Assembly: GCA_964016885.1 (NCBI GenBank)
Contig: OZ024756.1
Coordinates: 16,802,001-16,866,000, forward strand
Direction of reading: 5' to 3'
DNA length: 64,000 bases
From: Eledone cirrhosa
Taxonomy: Eukaryota
Below the pieces are notes generated by a model that saw only the letters and a list, made by a program, of their open reading frames with translations, was not told the origin of the DNA and did not search any database. Below are positions 12,396 through 25,306 of this stretch, one piece after another. Both the position numbers and the translations under genes were made by a program. Every line of letters starts with the position of its first letter. Position 1 is the stretch's first letter.

Positions 12396-12615
12396 CCCTT
12401 TAGTGTTCAAACCGGCCAAAACTGGCCAGAATTCTCTACCTCTTTCTGTTGAAACTGGCTGTAACTGGTCGCTCAAACTGATGTTAAGGTATTGTTCTCA
12501 AAATAAATACTTTCAAAATCTCATAGATTCGATATTATGTGAGATAATTATGTGAGGTAAAGCCTTTACCATGAAAATATAATAATATATATAAAATAAT
12601 TTGAATGCTAAAGGG
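12396..12615 (-). mobile_element. 220-bp piggyBac-type MITE
   Basis: TTAA duplicated on both sides, CCCTTTAG/CTAAAGGG termini. Confidence 0.9.
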
Positions 12616-12754
12616 TTAATATTCCATGTTTCAGTTTCATATATTAGAATAGACCATACATAACATTTTAATAATCTTTTTTTTCTAGTTTTGCAATCAA
12701 TATTTCTTGATATACTAGTATGTTCGACATTTTTTTAAATGACTTTTGAATAAA

Positions 12755-12930
12755 ATAAATAATAATGAAATTATTGTATACAGTGCTCAGGTGCACTACA
12801 ACTCATAAAAGGTGCATGTATAGTACATAGAATAATGTACAAATGTCAGGAAAGTGAACAGTGTATGAGTCATGATATACACACAGACACATGTGTATGG
12901 AGGTGGAATATCAGGTGTAGTGTTGGCGTA
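12755..12930 (-). mobile_element. CR1-like LINE 3' UTR fragment
   Basis: Reverse complement of the 3' UTR at 44040-44165 (CAGTGCTCAGGTGCACTACAACTC) with (AAT)n tail. Confidence 0.75.
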
Positions 12931-13469
12931 CTCTTTACCCCAACCCCAGTCTCAGGGGCCTTCAAAAGGGTCATGGGCATTGTTTTTTTATTGTCTAACT
13001 AAGCAGTAAATAAACAACAAAAACAATGAGTTAATCCTTTTCTTACCAAATTTCTAATTAATTTTGAAAATAAATCAAGAATTTTGAGGGATTTAGTAAT
13101 ACAACTTAATTTATCACTATTTAGCTGGTGGGTTCTTGTATCAGACCGGCCAATCTTTAAAAACCCAAACGGGAAGTACCATGAAAAAAAGTGCCCCAAA
13201 ACAGGGAGAAATGAGGCAAGAGAAACATCACTTAGCCACCCCAAAGTGGAAGGAAGATCTCCCCATCAGACAGCGAGAGTTGACAGGTCAGTTGTATAAA
13301 ATTGTGAGAGAAGGTATTTAGATAAATATATACACTTTAAAAATAAACAATTTTGCATCATTGAATCAGAAGTCTCAAAAGTCTTGTTATAAAAAAAGGT
13401 TAAAAATATATCAGGTAAAGTATTTTATTTTTGAGCATGTATATAGTTAGAGTAGGTTAAAAAAAAATA

Positions 13470-13700
13470 AAAGGTTATTCAATACCTGGAGGAAACATTT
13501 TTTTGCTGCATATTTAAAACACAGTGTGCAGCAAACAGAGTGCTCCACAGAGGATATAGACAGATTTAGTATGAACATATCAGAACAAACATCTGGATTG
13601 TGGCATGAATGTAGAGATAAGTTCCAGATGGAATAACCAAGTATGTGTTAGGGAAATGGGGAGAAGAGGAGATATTAAAATATCTACAAGGGGTTGGTTA
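13470..13700 (+). mobile_element. Possible decayed PLE GIY-YIG endonuclease remnant
   Basis: Broken frames YSIP... and RWNNQVCVREMGRRGDIK loosely fit PLE GIY-YIG; a hammerhead-like motif follows about 80 bp downstream. Confidence 0.35.
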
Positions 13701-13777
13701 ATTGAAAGATACCGAGAGATAAGGCTAGCAATCTGTTGATTTCTTTGAAACTATCTTAAAACTATTTTCATATATTC

Positions 13778-13819
13778 AGAGTCTGATGAGGTCTGATGGC
13801 CTTTGAAAATTTGGACTCT
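13778..13819 (+). ncRNA. Degenerate type I minimal hammerhead ribozyme motif
   Basis: AGAGT-CTGATGA-GGTC(TGAT)GGCC-TTT-GAAA-ATTT-GG-ACTCT; extra bases at the junctions. Confidence 0.4.
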
Positions 13820-13941
13820 TACAGATTTTTAGAGAAACTGTCTCTATGGCTAGATGTATTTCCTACAAGTATGAGTGGAACTCGATAGCATACAGACTGT
13901 GAGTATGAGTAGAGAGATCTAAGTTAAAACCCACTCCACTG

Positions 13942-14025
<84 letters not shown>

Positions 14026-16234
14026 ATGAACGAAGCCAAATGTTCGGCTTTTAAAGCACTGAGAATATATGTATATATAAATATCAAATTAAAAAAATGG
14101 AGTTAAAAACTCACGTTAATCCCCTGTAATTTAATGAGCTCAAGGATTAGATTCCGGGCTCTTTATAAGACAGAATATATAGAAAAAAACACAAGAGGTA
14201 TGTGTTGAATTATAAGGGATAGAATACCACCAGAGTGAAAAACATAAAGTCAACGAAAGGAATGGAAGATACATATCAATTAAAAGAATAAATTAAAATG
14301 CACAAACCAAACTTTTATAACTATAAACACCTGGACAAACTCTAATAGAGAATGTTTTGCTATAACAAGTGAAGATCCCATACCGCTAAGGGCTTATCCA
14401 CAAGTGTATAACAGTATGGCCCTCACTTCTAAAATTATTTCAGATAACTAAAGTAATGCACATGGTGTAAAGAGAAGAAAACATGTGCGCTACAGTCCAT
14501 AGTGGTGTGAATAGGCTGAAAAACCGCTAGAAATAACAGCTCAGAACCAGTCAACTTAAGAAGCTCTACTTATATAAAGAAATGAGTTATGTATGTCCAA
14601 TCCTTCTTTGAGGATGGCTCTGCTGATAGCTGTGGTTATGTTTTCATATTTTAGATTACTTTACTGGGGTCTAGCCATCAGTGATTTTGTATAAGATGTT
14701 CTACATATATATTTGCTTCTCTGAATTAGGTTTATTTTAGTGATCTTTTTTCATTAAGGGTTATGTATGTTGGCAACAAGTTTACTTATATGCAATATAT
14801 ATATATATATCGTCATCGTCATCATTTTCCGTCCATTTTTCCATGCTGGCATAGGTTAGATGAGTTGTCCTGTTGTGGGCAATGTTAAGTCAGGTGATCA
14901 TGTTTTGCTCATACAGAACTGATTTTGGTTTGGTTTCTACAGCTGGGAACCCTTCCTAATGCTAACCTCATTTACAGTGAGTACTGGGTGCTTTTTGTCG
15001 TGATACCTACACAACCACTTTACAGTGTGAACTGGGTGCTTTTTGTCGTGACACCAACACAACCACTTTACAGCATGGACTGGGTGTTTTTTGTTATGAC
15101 ACCTACATGACAGCCTGTCCTCATGAGAGATGTTTTGGGAAGGTGGGATGGGGTGGTGCATTCTGTATATATGCTTCAGCTTCGGCCTGTGCCCATGGGA
15201 AGTCAGGTCTTTGGTATTATCGCATAACCTGTGTCATTATCTTTGATATATGTATATAATTTAGGTTACTATAGCAAATCATTTTATTAATTTCTACATT
15301 TGTTTCAATTTAACAAAATGCAATTGCAAAATTAATAATGATTTGCAGATTAAGTTATTGATCAATGAAATCAACAAATATTACAATCACACATTACATC
15401 TCTTCACAAAACCAATATTAGATTTGGGGAATGTATGTCCCCAAATACCAGGCAAAATAAATAATGATCAGAAAATAATAGATATGAAGTGAACCCCACC
15501 TCAAAACAGAATAATAGTAAACAGATACCACAAACCCAAACCAACCATGACCCACCACAGAAAATACAATTACTCAGCCACAAAATATAACTTAACAAAA
15601 TAATGTCAACCACAAGAAAAATGAACCATCAACTATTTCAAATCTCACCAACAAGATCAGGAAGACATGACTGAGAAATATATCGAAGACAAATTTAAAC
15701 ATCTTAAAGAAAAACAATAATGTAATAAAAACCAACTATACTGGTACTAAGATGACAAACTTCCTCAGGCCATAACCATCCTCAATATCTGGTTTGTGGC
15801 TGCCAGATAAATTAACACCATATACTCTGCAGAACACTTAATCATAAAACTACGAAACAATAAACACATCATACGCAATGGTTGTTGTCCATATACCCAA
15901 AAACCTACTATCCACCATATATATATATGAAAAAATCGGAACCCTGCTTCCATTCTGCTATATATATAAAAGAAATAAGATTTCGCTTCAAGCATAGCTT
16001 TATACAATATGTATAGAAATTTCGTATTTCTAAAGAAATACGGTTTTAGGAAGCCATAGCTATGCAAACACCGTGTTGTTTATCCTTGTTGATTTTACAC
16101 ACACACACCTATACCTTTTGAATTAGCAAATCACTGGAAGTGTTTGAAATTTTAAAATATGTGTGTCGCAAGTGCAGAAAATAAATGTAATAACATTATT
16201 TCTTTCATTTAGGACTCTCATTGATAATCAAATG

Positions 16235-16273
<39 letters not shown>

Positions 16274-16583
16274 CAAATGAATAAATAATTACAGTACTCC
16301 CTCGCTCCTAAATCTCTCAATTTGTATGATGAATTATTATTATTATTCATCTGTTGCCTCAGCTGCCTCTCATTTTTCACCCCTCACTATTTCTCTCTCC
16401 CATATCTCTCTCTATCTCTCTGTTTTTCTTTACATACATTTATTCCTTCTCTCCATCTTTCTTTTTAACTGTGCTTAACACTAAATATTTACAAACATTT
16501 CACTACCAAACCAACTTTTTTAAATGGAAGTTGAACAATATTTATGGTACGTCAAATTTATTTATAAAACTGCTTATATATTG

Positions 16584-16649
16584 TATTTTATCTGAAGAAA
16601 GCATGCCATATTTTTAATATGGTATCCCTGAAATATGTATAATGAAATA
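16584..16649 (+). ncRNA. Type I hammerhead ribozyme motif (PLE type)
   Basis: Stem I TATTTTAT/ATGAAATA, CTGAAGA at 16592-16598, stem II ATGCCATATT/AATATGGTAT, GAAA at 16630-16633, stem III A-T[ATGT]A-T, AUA triplet. Confidence 0.7.
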
Positions 16650-16815
16650 AATATGGTTTTATAAATATAGTTTCCATTTGTTTAATATCGTATATATATT
16701 ATATATATATATAGTAATTCATTTTCATATACGAAAATAGATCATTGATACTGTGGTTTTTTTAAATGTAAACAAAATACTCTGGTACAATATATTTTTG
16801 GATGAAATGTTGGGG

Positions 16816-16876
16816 TTAATCTGAAGATTCCTAATATTGAGCTCTTAATATTAAGGATGAAACATATATAAATTAA
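16816..16876 (+). ncRNA. Type I hammerhead ribozyme motif (PLE type, partly decayed)
   Basis: TTAAT-CTGAAGA-T-TCC TAATATTGA(GCTC)TTAATATTA A GGA-T-GAAA-CATATA-TA-A-ATTAA. Confidence 0.55.
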
Positions 16877-17984
16877 AATATGATATAGTTAGCAGTGTTT
16901 GGTTATATTTTTCAAAGTATATATATATACAAGATATCCCCAAAACATATACACACACTTCAACAGCATTCTAATAAATATACTTGTACAGGTAAACAAA
17001 GTGTGTGTACATTTTCTATATATACAGGATATGACTGCATATTTGTTTTTATATATATAAACTATACCATAGTTTTGCCTTGCATTAGACCTTTATCACT
17101 TTAATATGATGATGCTTAAAAAAAACTAACGTTTCCTTTGGCCATCTAATTAACAGTTTTGCATATGCATTCTTTAAAAAAAGAGACTTTTTAACATCTA
17201 TAATTTATTGACCATGGCTTGGTATTTTTTGCGGGGTGGGGACTTGCATTCTACAGGTCATATATTGATTTCCTGAGAATATTTTAATGTTGCCTAATTG
17301 CATTGAAACTGAAACAAACATTGAAGTTAATAAAATAATTTGAAGTATCATCTTTGTTTTTTCACTTGAATTAATATATATATATATTACCGCCTGGCCC
17401 CTTTTCCCCTATTCTTCCTTCTTACCTTTTCTATGCCTCAGCGTCCTTCTTTGTCTGCACGTTGGACAACACTCCTTATTCTCTTCTCTTTTACTATTTT
17501 TATCCTTTCTTTATTTTTCTCCTTTGACTAAGCTCTTGCACACTCTGTATTTGGCATAACTTATCTCTACCTGTTTTGTTATGCACCAATCTACACTGGA
17601 ATGATTTCCAGAGGTTAACTGAGGAGATGGGACTGAGGGTCTTTCTGTTGTTTTTCCGTTGTCTTTGTCCTGTGCGCTTCCTATTTTGAATATATATATA
17701 TATATATATATATATTGAAGGCTTCTTTGGTTTATTTTTTATAATTCTTCGGCTCTGTTTAATTACATTGAGCTATATCTTATACTGTCATTTCTATAAT
17801 ATGAAGAGGGTGTTTAACTCCAACACACTCTAGTATTTTAATTCTTATATATATATATATGTAGATCCCAAGTTAAATCAGGGGTAACCACAGTAACTAA
17901 GGTACTCAATTCATTAGTAGAGTGTGAACATCATTATTTAAATATTTCTATATTAAAAAATTATATTTCTCTATATATATATGT

Positions 17985-18240
17985 TGAGATCTTATTTTGG
18001 CTCTGTACATTACACAGAGCACTTCTTTCCTTGATCTATTCTTCAGAAACTCTTGGCGCTCTCTTACATATATGTTCTGCTTTCCATACAGGCATGGGTT
18101 GGCAGAGTCATTAGATTCTATAACTAGACATCTCAGGTGAGAATGCCTTGCTCGTATGTTGCATGTCTTCGCAGGATTTCTAAAGCTGGATGTCTCTTCT
18201 AATATCAATCACTTTACAGAGAGTACTGAGTAAATTCTAT
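17985..18240 (-). mobile_element. PLE GIY-YIG C-terminal remnant (Naiad-like pattern)
   Basis: Minus ORF ILEETSSFRNPAKTCNI...RQEFLKNRSRK resembles the W-x-IL...N-x-x-K-x-C-x-LC...R-x-E...RH-x-x-K tail of Naiad-type PLEs. Confidence 0.5.
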
Positions 18241-18439
18241 TGTTGCACCAGCACAATATTATGTGTGTGTACAAGAGAGAGACAGAATGTGTGTGTGTAT
18301 GTAAAAGAGAGTGTGTGTATGTACAAGTGAATGTGTGTGTGTGTGTGACGTGCGTGTATATAAGTAAGGTACCTAAAAATAAACAAGTGCATTTCACACC
18401 TCTACGCCAGCTACTATATTTCTAATGTTGCTTGACTGT

Positions 18440-18857
18440 CATACCACACTACACTACATCACACCCCACTACACTGTAATGCACCACATTACACCACACT
18501 ACATTTCACTACAATACATTACACATCATAACACATTACACCTCATCACATCACACTACACTATACCACATCACACCACACTACAATACACTACACCACA
18601 CTACACTACACCACACTACAATACACTACACTACACTATACCACACTACAATCCACTACACAACATCACACCGCACTACACCACAATGCACCACACCATA
18701 CTACAATGCACCACACCACACTACAATACACTACATCACACCACAATACACTACATAACATCACACCACAGTACACTACACCACACCGCACTACAATACA
18801 CTACACCACACAATACTACAATACATTACACCACACCACACCATACTACACTAAACT
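18440..18857. repeat. Degenerate pentanucleotide satellite (CACTA/CACCA/CAATA)n
   Basis: 5-bp periodicity throughout. Confidence 0.9.
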
Positions 18858-19439
18858 AAGTGGATCAGCTCCCATTGAATATATCTTCCTCATTACAGAA
18901 AGCGTAATGCAAGGGAAGTAAATCATAATTTAAACCAGTCAGGATAAAAAGGGAGACAATCATAAAGACCTACTCTCTGGTTCCAGGTTAATAGGGAGGA
19001 GGTTGGAATAAACGGGTAAGGGGAATAAGTGGAGTGGAGTAGAGGAATAGCTAATTTTTCTTGGTTGTCTCCGTTGATTTTTTTTTAAAAACCAGAATTA
19101 GTCATTTAGTTTACATATTGAGACTCCAACCAACCCTATTTATTTTATAACATATGAGATTTCTAGTAATGTACTTTTTTGTCATGTATAATGCTTTTAA
19201 TGTCAAAAGAAAATTAATTGTCACAGGAATGTTACCAGTTAAAATAAAATTTCGCCAGAGGGGGATGGAGGGGGGTTATGTGAGACCCGAGAATAATTGG
19301 TCATACTCACATAAGTGTGTTAGTGACCAAGTCACATGACTGTGTCATTGACTAAATCACACGACCATGTCAGAGACCAGATCATATGATCTTGTCACCA
19401 GACTGTGTCAGTGACCAGGTGACAACTAGGTAATTTATT

Positions 19440-19910
19440 AAGTTTTCAAATTAATTATATAAATAATGAAAAAAAGGGGGAAGGGCAGATCTGGTTGTAT
19501 AGGGAAGTAAAGGAAAGGACTATAAATGCTATAAATGAGAAGAAAAAGAGGGAAAAGGCAAGGAGTATTAGGTCGTGGGAGTAAGAGAGGGGGAGGGGAG
19601 AGGATGACAAGCTCTACGCCTAGGCCGGGGCGGTGTTTTGGCTGCACTTCACAGACAAAACTGCAAAAACATTTCCGTGGACAACAGACTGCGAAACTCA
19701 CTTCAACAGCCACACCACTTCACGGGGCTCCTTCCTCAGACGGGCTGCTGACGTTTTGATTTTACGGAGGAGCTCGACTGTACGGGGTCCGAGGACGCCT
19801 GAGGTCTCGACGGTGACCGATGCAAAAAGGAAGCGGCCGGACAAGCGCCGATATTTGCTTGCCTTCCGGTACTCTACATTGCGGACCGCGGTACCGAAGG
19901 TTGTGGTCAT
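19440..19910 (-). mobile_element. 3' fragment of a CRE-like non-LTR retrotransposon (restriction-like endonuclease C-terminus plus 3' UTR)
   Basis: VEYRKASKYRRLSGRFLFASVTVETSGVLGP...EPREVVWL then VSQSVVHGNVFAVL, matching the K..KY..L...F.P..VET.G...QRGNA pattern. Confidence 0.85.
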
Positions 19911-21720
19911 TTTTTTAATTAATTATGAAAATAAATTACTTATCACACACACTCACACAAAGGGAAAACAATTAAGAAATGGTCACAACTGTACTGCAAT
20001 GGTACTGTGTGACTGACCAGGTCACAACTATACCGCAATGATACTGTGTGACTGACCAGACCCCCAGCCCCACCCCACAAAGGCAACAGGAAACTTAGAT
20101 ACCGCCGAGAAAGATGTATTTCGAGTGATCTTTGACGGTTTGGTATAATTTAAATTTCAGCCGTGATTAAAGGGAAACAACTCTATAGGTCTTCATTTGA
20201 TAACGGACTACTACTACTACTACTACTACTCCACCACCCACCTCGCCGTTTAAATAAGGAAAAAGGTACATTTATCATTTAACATAATCACTTGAAGAGG
20301 AAAATCAGGGTGGAGAGGCAAGTGCTGCTTTCTAGCAAGTTTGTTGAAAGATGGGTGAATTTACGTCTGTAGTTTGAGAGATGGAAAAATTGAGAGAGGG
20401 CGCTTGCCCTGGTGGTCAGGGTGGCCGTGGTCTTTTGTGTGGTTTTTGCCACGAGTAACCCTCGGAGGTTTCCCCCCTATTGAGGAATTTTTCATTGTTT
20501 CAATTTTCATTTTTATTGTTTATATATATATATATGTTTCTATGTTCTTTTTTTTCTTCTTTTCTTATATAAATAATAAAAATATTTACACGCACAAAAC
20601 CCACATCGTCCCCTCCTGTACCGTCCTGTGCCGTCTGTAATGTTTTTCTTGATGTCAGCCATTGTGGCCAATAAAGAAATCATTATTTTTAGAAGAAAGA
20701 AAAGAAGGTAAAGAATGTAGAGAGTAAAACAATGTTAATATTTCTAGAATCTGTTCAGTTTAGTTGCTGTATCTGTGTGCGTGTGTGTGTACCTGTATAT
20801 GTGGGAGTGTGCTTGTATGTGTGTGATGTGTGTGTGTGTGTGTAATGTGCGTGTGTAACTGAGTGTGCCTTTATATATATGTGTGTGTGTGTGTGCCTGT
20901 GTATATATATGTGTGTGATGTGTGTGTGTGCCTGTGTATATATATGTGTGATGTATGTATGTGTGTGTGTGTGTGTGTGTTCTGTGTAATCTCGTCTGTT
21001 GATTAACCCATTAACCACCACCACAACCACCTCGTTCACTTACTGTAGCTAGGGTGGGGGAGAGATCTGGCAGTTTGTATTTTTGGCACACATACGCCCA
21101 CAAACATGCACATATACCCCCCCCCCCCACACACACACACATCACACACACACAACCTCTATGTATGACCGTAGAAAAACTTATTTTACTGTTTAACACT
21201 GCTACTACTAAAACTACTACTACTACCACCATATAACCCATTGTTTTATGGATATTTGGTTTCTTCACCAAATTGTAACAAAGCTATGTTTTATATGTAT
21301 GTAGTACGTATGTATGTATGTATGTATGTATGTATGTATGTATGTATGTATGTATGTATGTATGTATGTATGTAGTACGTATGTATGTATGTATGTGTGT
21401 GTGTGTGAGAGAGGTAGAGAAAAGAGAGATCTATATTGTATTATATATATATATATATAACGAAGGGAGTGTGGTAAGGAACCAGATGGACCATAACGCA
21501 CCAAAGTACTCAATACTTAGGGTAGTAGAGTGGGTAATAGGAACGGACTCCGGAATTAGCCATCGAAACAACTTGAGCTCAGCCGTCGGGGTCCTACTCG
21601 TTCCTATATATATATATATATTCTGGAATATATATATATATATATATATTCCAGAGAGAGGGAGATCTATATTGTATTATATATATATATATATTCTGGA
21701 ATATATATATATATATTCTG

Positions 21721-21754
<34 letters not shown>

Positions 21755-22781
21755 CAGAGTGAAAGAGATCTATATTGTATTATATATATATATATATATA
21801 TATTCTGGAATATATATATATATATATTCCAGAGAGAGAGAGATCTATATTGTATATATATATATATATATATATATTCCAGAGAGAGAGAGATCTATAT
21901 TATATATGTACAGATTTAAAGGCTAGGTGCAGCCTAAGCATCTAATGAAATTCCACTTAGATATATACTTCTTCTTCATTGTTTCACATCAATTACAGGA
22001 TGCCTGTGTAAATGAGGTTGGTTTCTGATAACCTGTCAGACACACATGCGCGCACACATACACATCTATGCACATATATGTGTGTGTCTATGTATGTGTG
22101 AAATTGGGGAACAAACAGTTAAATAGCACTCAATACGCAAGTAGAGACAAAGCATGAAATTATCAGGAATGTCCTGATAATTTCATACAAATAACTCTTC
22201 CAGTCCTGAAGAAATCATTTTTATAATATATATATATATAAGCATACAACAAGTATGCACAACTTAACTCTATTCTCTCTACCCCCTTTCATACACCTCC
22301 CATGTCCTAACAGTCCACCTACATCCTATCACCCCACCCTCCTCCCATGCTTTTACAACCCTCCCCAGACCCAGTACACACTAAAAAAATGGTCATTTTG
22401 GTGCCACAATAAAAAGCGCCCAACCCACACTGTAAAGTGGTCATGTAAATGCCCCGATGAAAGACACCCAGTCCACAATGTAAATGTTGTTGGCATTAGG
22501 AAGGGCATTACAACAAATGGGCATTAGAAAGGGCATCACAACAAAAAAGACCCAGCACACACTGTAAATGTTGTTGGCATTAGGAAGGGCATTACAACAA
22601 ATGGGCATTAGAAAGGGCATCACAACAAAAAAGACCCAGCACACACTGTAAATGTTGGTGGCATTAGGAAGGGCACCCAGCTGTATAAACCACACCAGAA
22701 ACAGTCCTATATGAGCAAGACATGGTTACCTGGCTTTACTTACCTCAAATGGGACAACCCGTCTAACCCATGCGTAGAAAT

Positions 22782-22824
<43 letters not shown>

Positions 22825-23129
22825 TCTTTCATTCTTTTACTGGTTAATCACTTGAAAGTCAAGCATAAAACACCAGTACTTATATTTTGAAGCCTGATGC
22901 ATAGTTTATCAAACCTGTTTTGTCAGACTGCTAGTACCAGTCTAGTACTGGTGTCGATTCTTCCTCTATATCTCTTTCTCATTTCCTCTCTTTCACTTTC
23001 TATCTTTCTCTGGAAAAAGACTGCTGTACTCAGGCCTGGAGAGGGATCGGCTCTGCTAGGCTTGAAATGCTCAAGAAACGCTGCATGTCAATACGGTGCC
23101 CCTATGACTATCAGGATTTACGGGACCAA

Positions 23130-23442
23130 ACATCATCATCATCACGTTTTACGTCCGTTCTTCCACGCTAGCATGGGTTAGATGGGTTGTCTTGTTGTGG
23201 GCAGTGTCTGGTCGGCTGACCTTGTCTTGTTCATACAGGAACTGATGCTGGCTTGATTTCTACAGCTGCATGCCCTTCCTAACACCAACCTCATTTACAG
23301 TGAGTGCTGGGTGCTTTTTTGCTGTGGCACCTCCACAACCACTTTACAGTGGAATGATAGGGACCCCAGTCCTATCATCTCATTTCTACAGCTGAGTAAA
23401 CTGGAGCAATGTGAAATAAAGTGTCTTGCTCAAGGAAACAAC
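23130..23442 (-). mobile_element. CORE-type SINE, head truncated at a TA tract
   Basis: CAGCTGAGTAAACTGGAGCAATGTGAAATAAAGTGTCTTGCTCAAGG and (CAT)n tail. Confidence 0.8.
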
Positions 23443-23775
23443 ATATATATATATTCCATGTGTGTGTGTTTGGAATAGTTCCACTGCCTCCTTACAAGTC
23501 ATACGTATGTACATAGGTACATATATACATTACAAGACATAAATATACACACAAATATAAACATACATACACACACATCATCATCATTATTTCTGCCGCC
23601 ACTCCTTCATTCTGGTATGTGTTGGTCAGGTTATTTTGAGACAAGGCCCTTCCTGACACTAACCCTTATTGTCATTTCTTATGACTTGTAAGGAGGCAGT
23701 GGAACTATTCCAAACACACACACATGGAATATATATTATACACACACACATATATATATAGATATACATATATAA

Positions 23776-24088
23776 GGGAAAGAGTAAAGACCTCCTTTAG
23801 TCATAAATGACCATGGGATTTGCACCTAGAAAGTTCCCTTCCGAGGCATAGTTGTTTGTGGAAGACCAGCAGTCGCCTATGCATACTGGTGTCCACCGAT
23901 GTTGTCCAAGGGAAGGGCAAAGGTCAATAAAGCTTGGCATCAGTGTTGTCGCAACTCATTTCTATAATTGGAGCAATGTGAAATAAAGTGTCTTGCTTAA
24001 GAACACAATCTATCATCCAGTCCAAGAATTGAACTCTCAACCTCCTGATTGCAAGTCCAATGCTCTAATCATTAAGCTATGTGCCTTC
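23776..24088 (-). mobile_element. CORE-type SINE with alternative tail, same family as 31330-31818
   Basis: GGAGCAATGTGAAATAAAGTGTCTTGCT plus tail TAAAGACC.CTTT.GTCAT.AATGACCATGG. Confidence 0.75.
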
Positions 24089-24199
24089 ACATATACGTAT
24101 ATACATATGCATGTATATACAGGACTAAAAACAAAACCCGTCAAAGGGCAAAGGAGCTCTCAAGAGTCAATGGCCATCCAAAATCACCGGGAGAGATGA

Positions 24200-24660
24200 C
24201 CCCTTAGCCTTTGTCAAGGCAGAATTCTAGGAGAAGGAAAACTCTGATATAACACCTGCAACCCTGATGGTATCCAATGATGTTGACTTGTTCTTCTTTT
24301 TGATAAATATCATCTTGGTTAAGAGAGTGGGACTGGCTTTGTGCAGTGCCTTTGCTCACTATAAAAGCTTCACGACACAGGCATTGCTTTATATCTGGAG
24401 ATCTCTCTGCACTTGTCGTCACATGGTACCATGGGTCCAACACTATGTGTCAATAATTGTCACAAGTGTAGTGTTTGTACCAGAGTTTTCAAGTCACTGG
24501 CTGGACTAAAAAGTCACACTCGTTCAGCGCATCGGTAGGGATTCTCCTACATGGATATAAAGTAGTGGCCGTATTCGAAAACGAGTTGGCAGCCACCATA
24601 TATATATCGTTTTTGAATTTGTTTAGCAAGATTCTTTATCTGAAAACGTGTGTTGAAACC
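24200..24660 (-). mobile_element. Probable PLE endonuclease-region remnant
   Basis: KQCLCREAFIVSK...SLNQDD resembles the GIY-YIG C-terminal E-x-x-x-I...LN motif; ends at a perfect palindrome and a TA tract. Confidence 0.4.
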
Positions 24661-24714
24661 GATATTGTTATACTTTGGGAGGGTCATGTTGGCAACATGA
24701 CCCTCCCAAAGTAT

Positions 24715-24755
<41 letters not shown>

Positions 24756-25086
24756 TATGCATACATATACCAAATATACACCCCAACCCACTACTCCATC
24801 CTCCCACTCCCACCAACACCACTTTTTCTCTATAAAGTTATGTTGGTACCACAACATCCAGTCCAACCTAAAGAGGTTGTGTAGGTATCACAACAAAAAA
24901 CACAGAGTCCACGCTGTAAAAAGCTCCCAGTCCAATCTGTAAATGTGATTGGTGTTAGGAAGGGCATCCAGCCACAGAAAACCTGCCAAATAGTTCTATA
25001 CAAGCGACACACGGTCACCTGATCAATCTTGCCTCAAGTGGGACAATTCCCGTCTAACCCATGCTAGTGTGGAAGATAGACGTTAA

Positions 25087-25306
25087 CCCTTTAGCATTCA
25101 CATTACTCTATATATACTATTATATTTTCATGGTAAAGGCTTTACCTCACATAATTATCTCACATAATATCAAATCTATGAGATTTTGATAGTATTTATT
25201 TTGAGAACAATACCTTAACATCAGTATGAGTGGCCAGTCACAGCCAGTTTCAACAGAAAGAGGTAGAGAATTCTGGCCGGTTTTGACCGGTTTGAACATT
25301 AAAGGG
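25087..25306 (+). mobile_element. 220-bp piggyBac-type MITE inserted into a SINE tail
   Basis: GACG-TTAA|CCCTTTAG...TAAAGGG|TTAA-ACGACGATGATGA; the interrupted SINE tail resumes after the TSD. Confidence 0.92.

Noticed and set aside
14345-14445. Imperfect hairpin that might be a minus-strand hammerhead stem II
   Set aside because: Both core segments are too degenerate to support the call.
18046-18135. Apparent + strand exon (TTCTTCAG ... CAG|GTGAGA)
   Set aside because: The opposite strand is better explained as a PLE endonuclease remnant.
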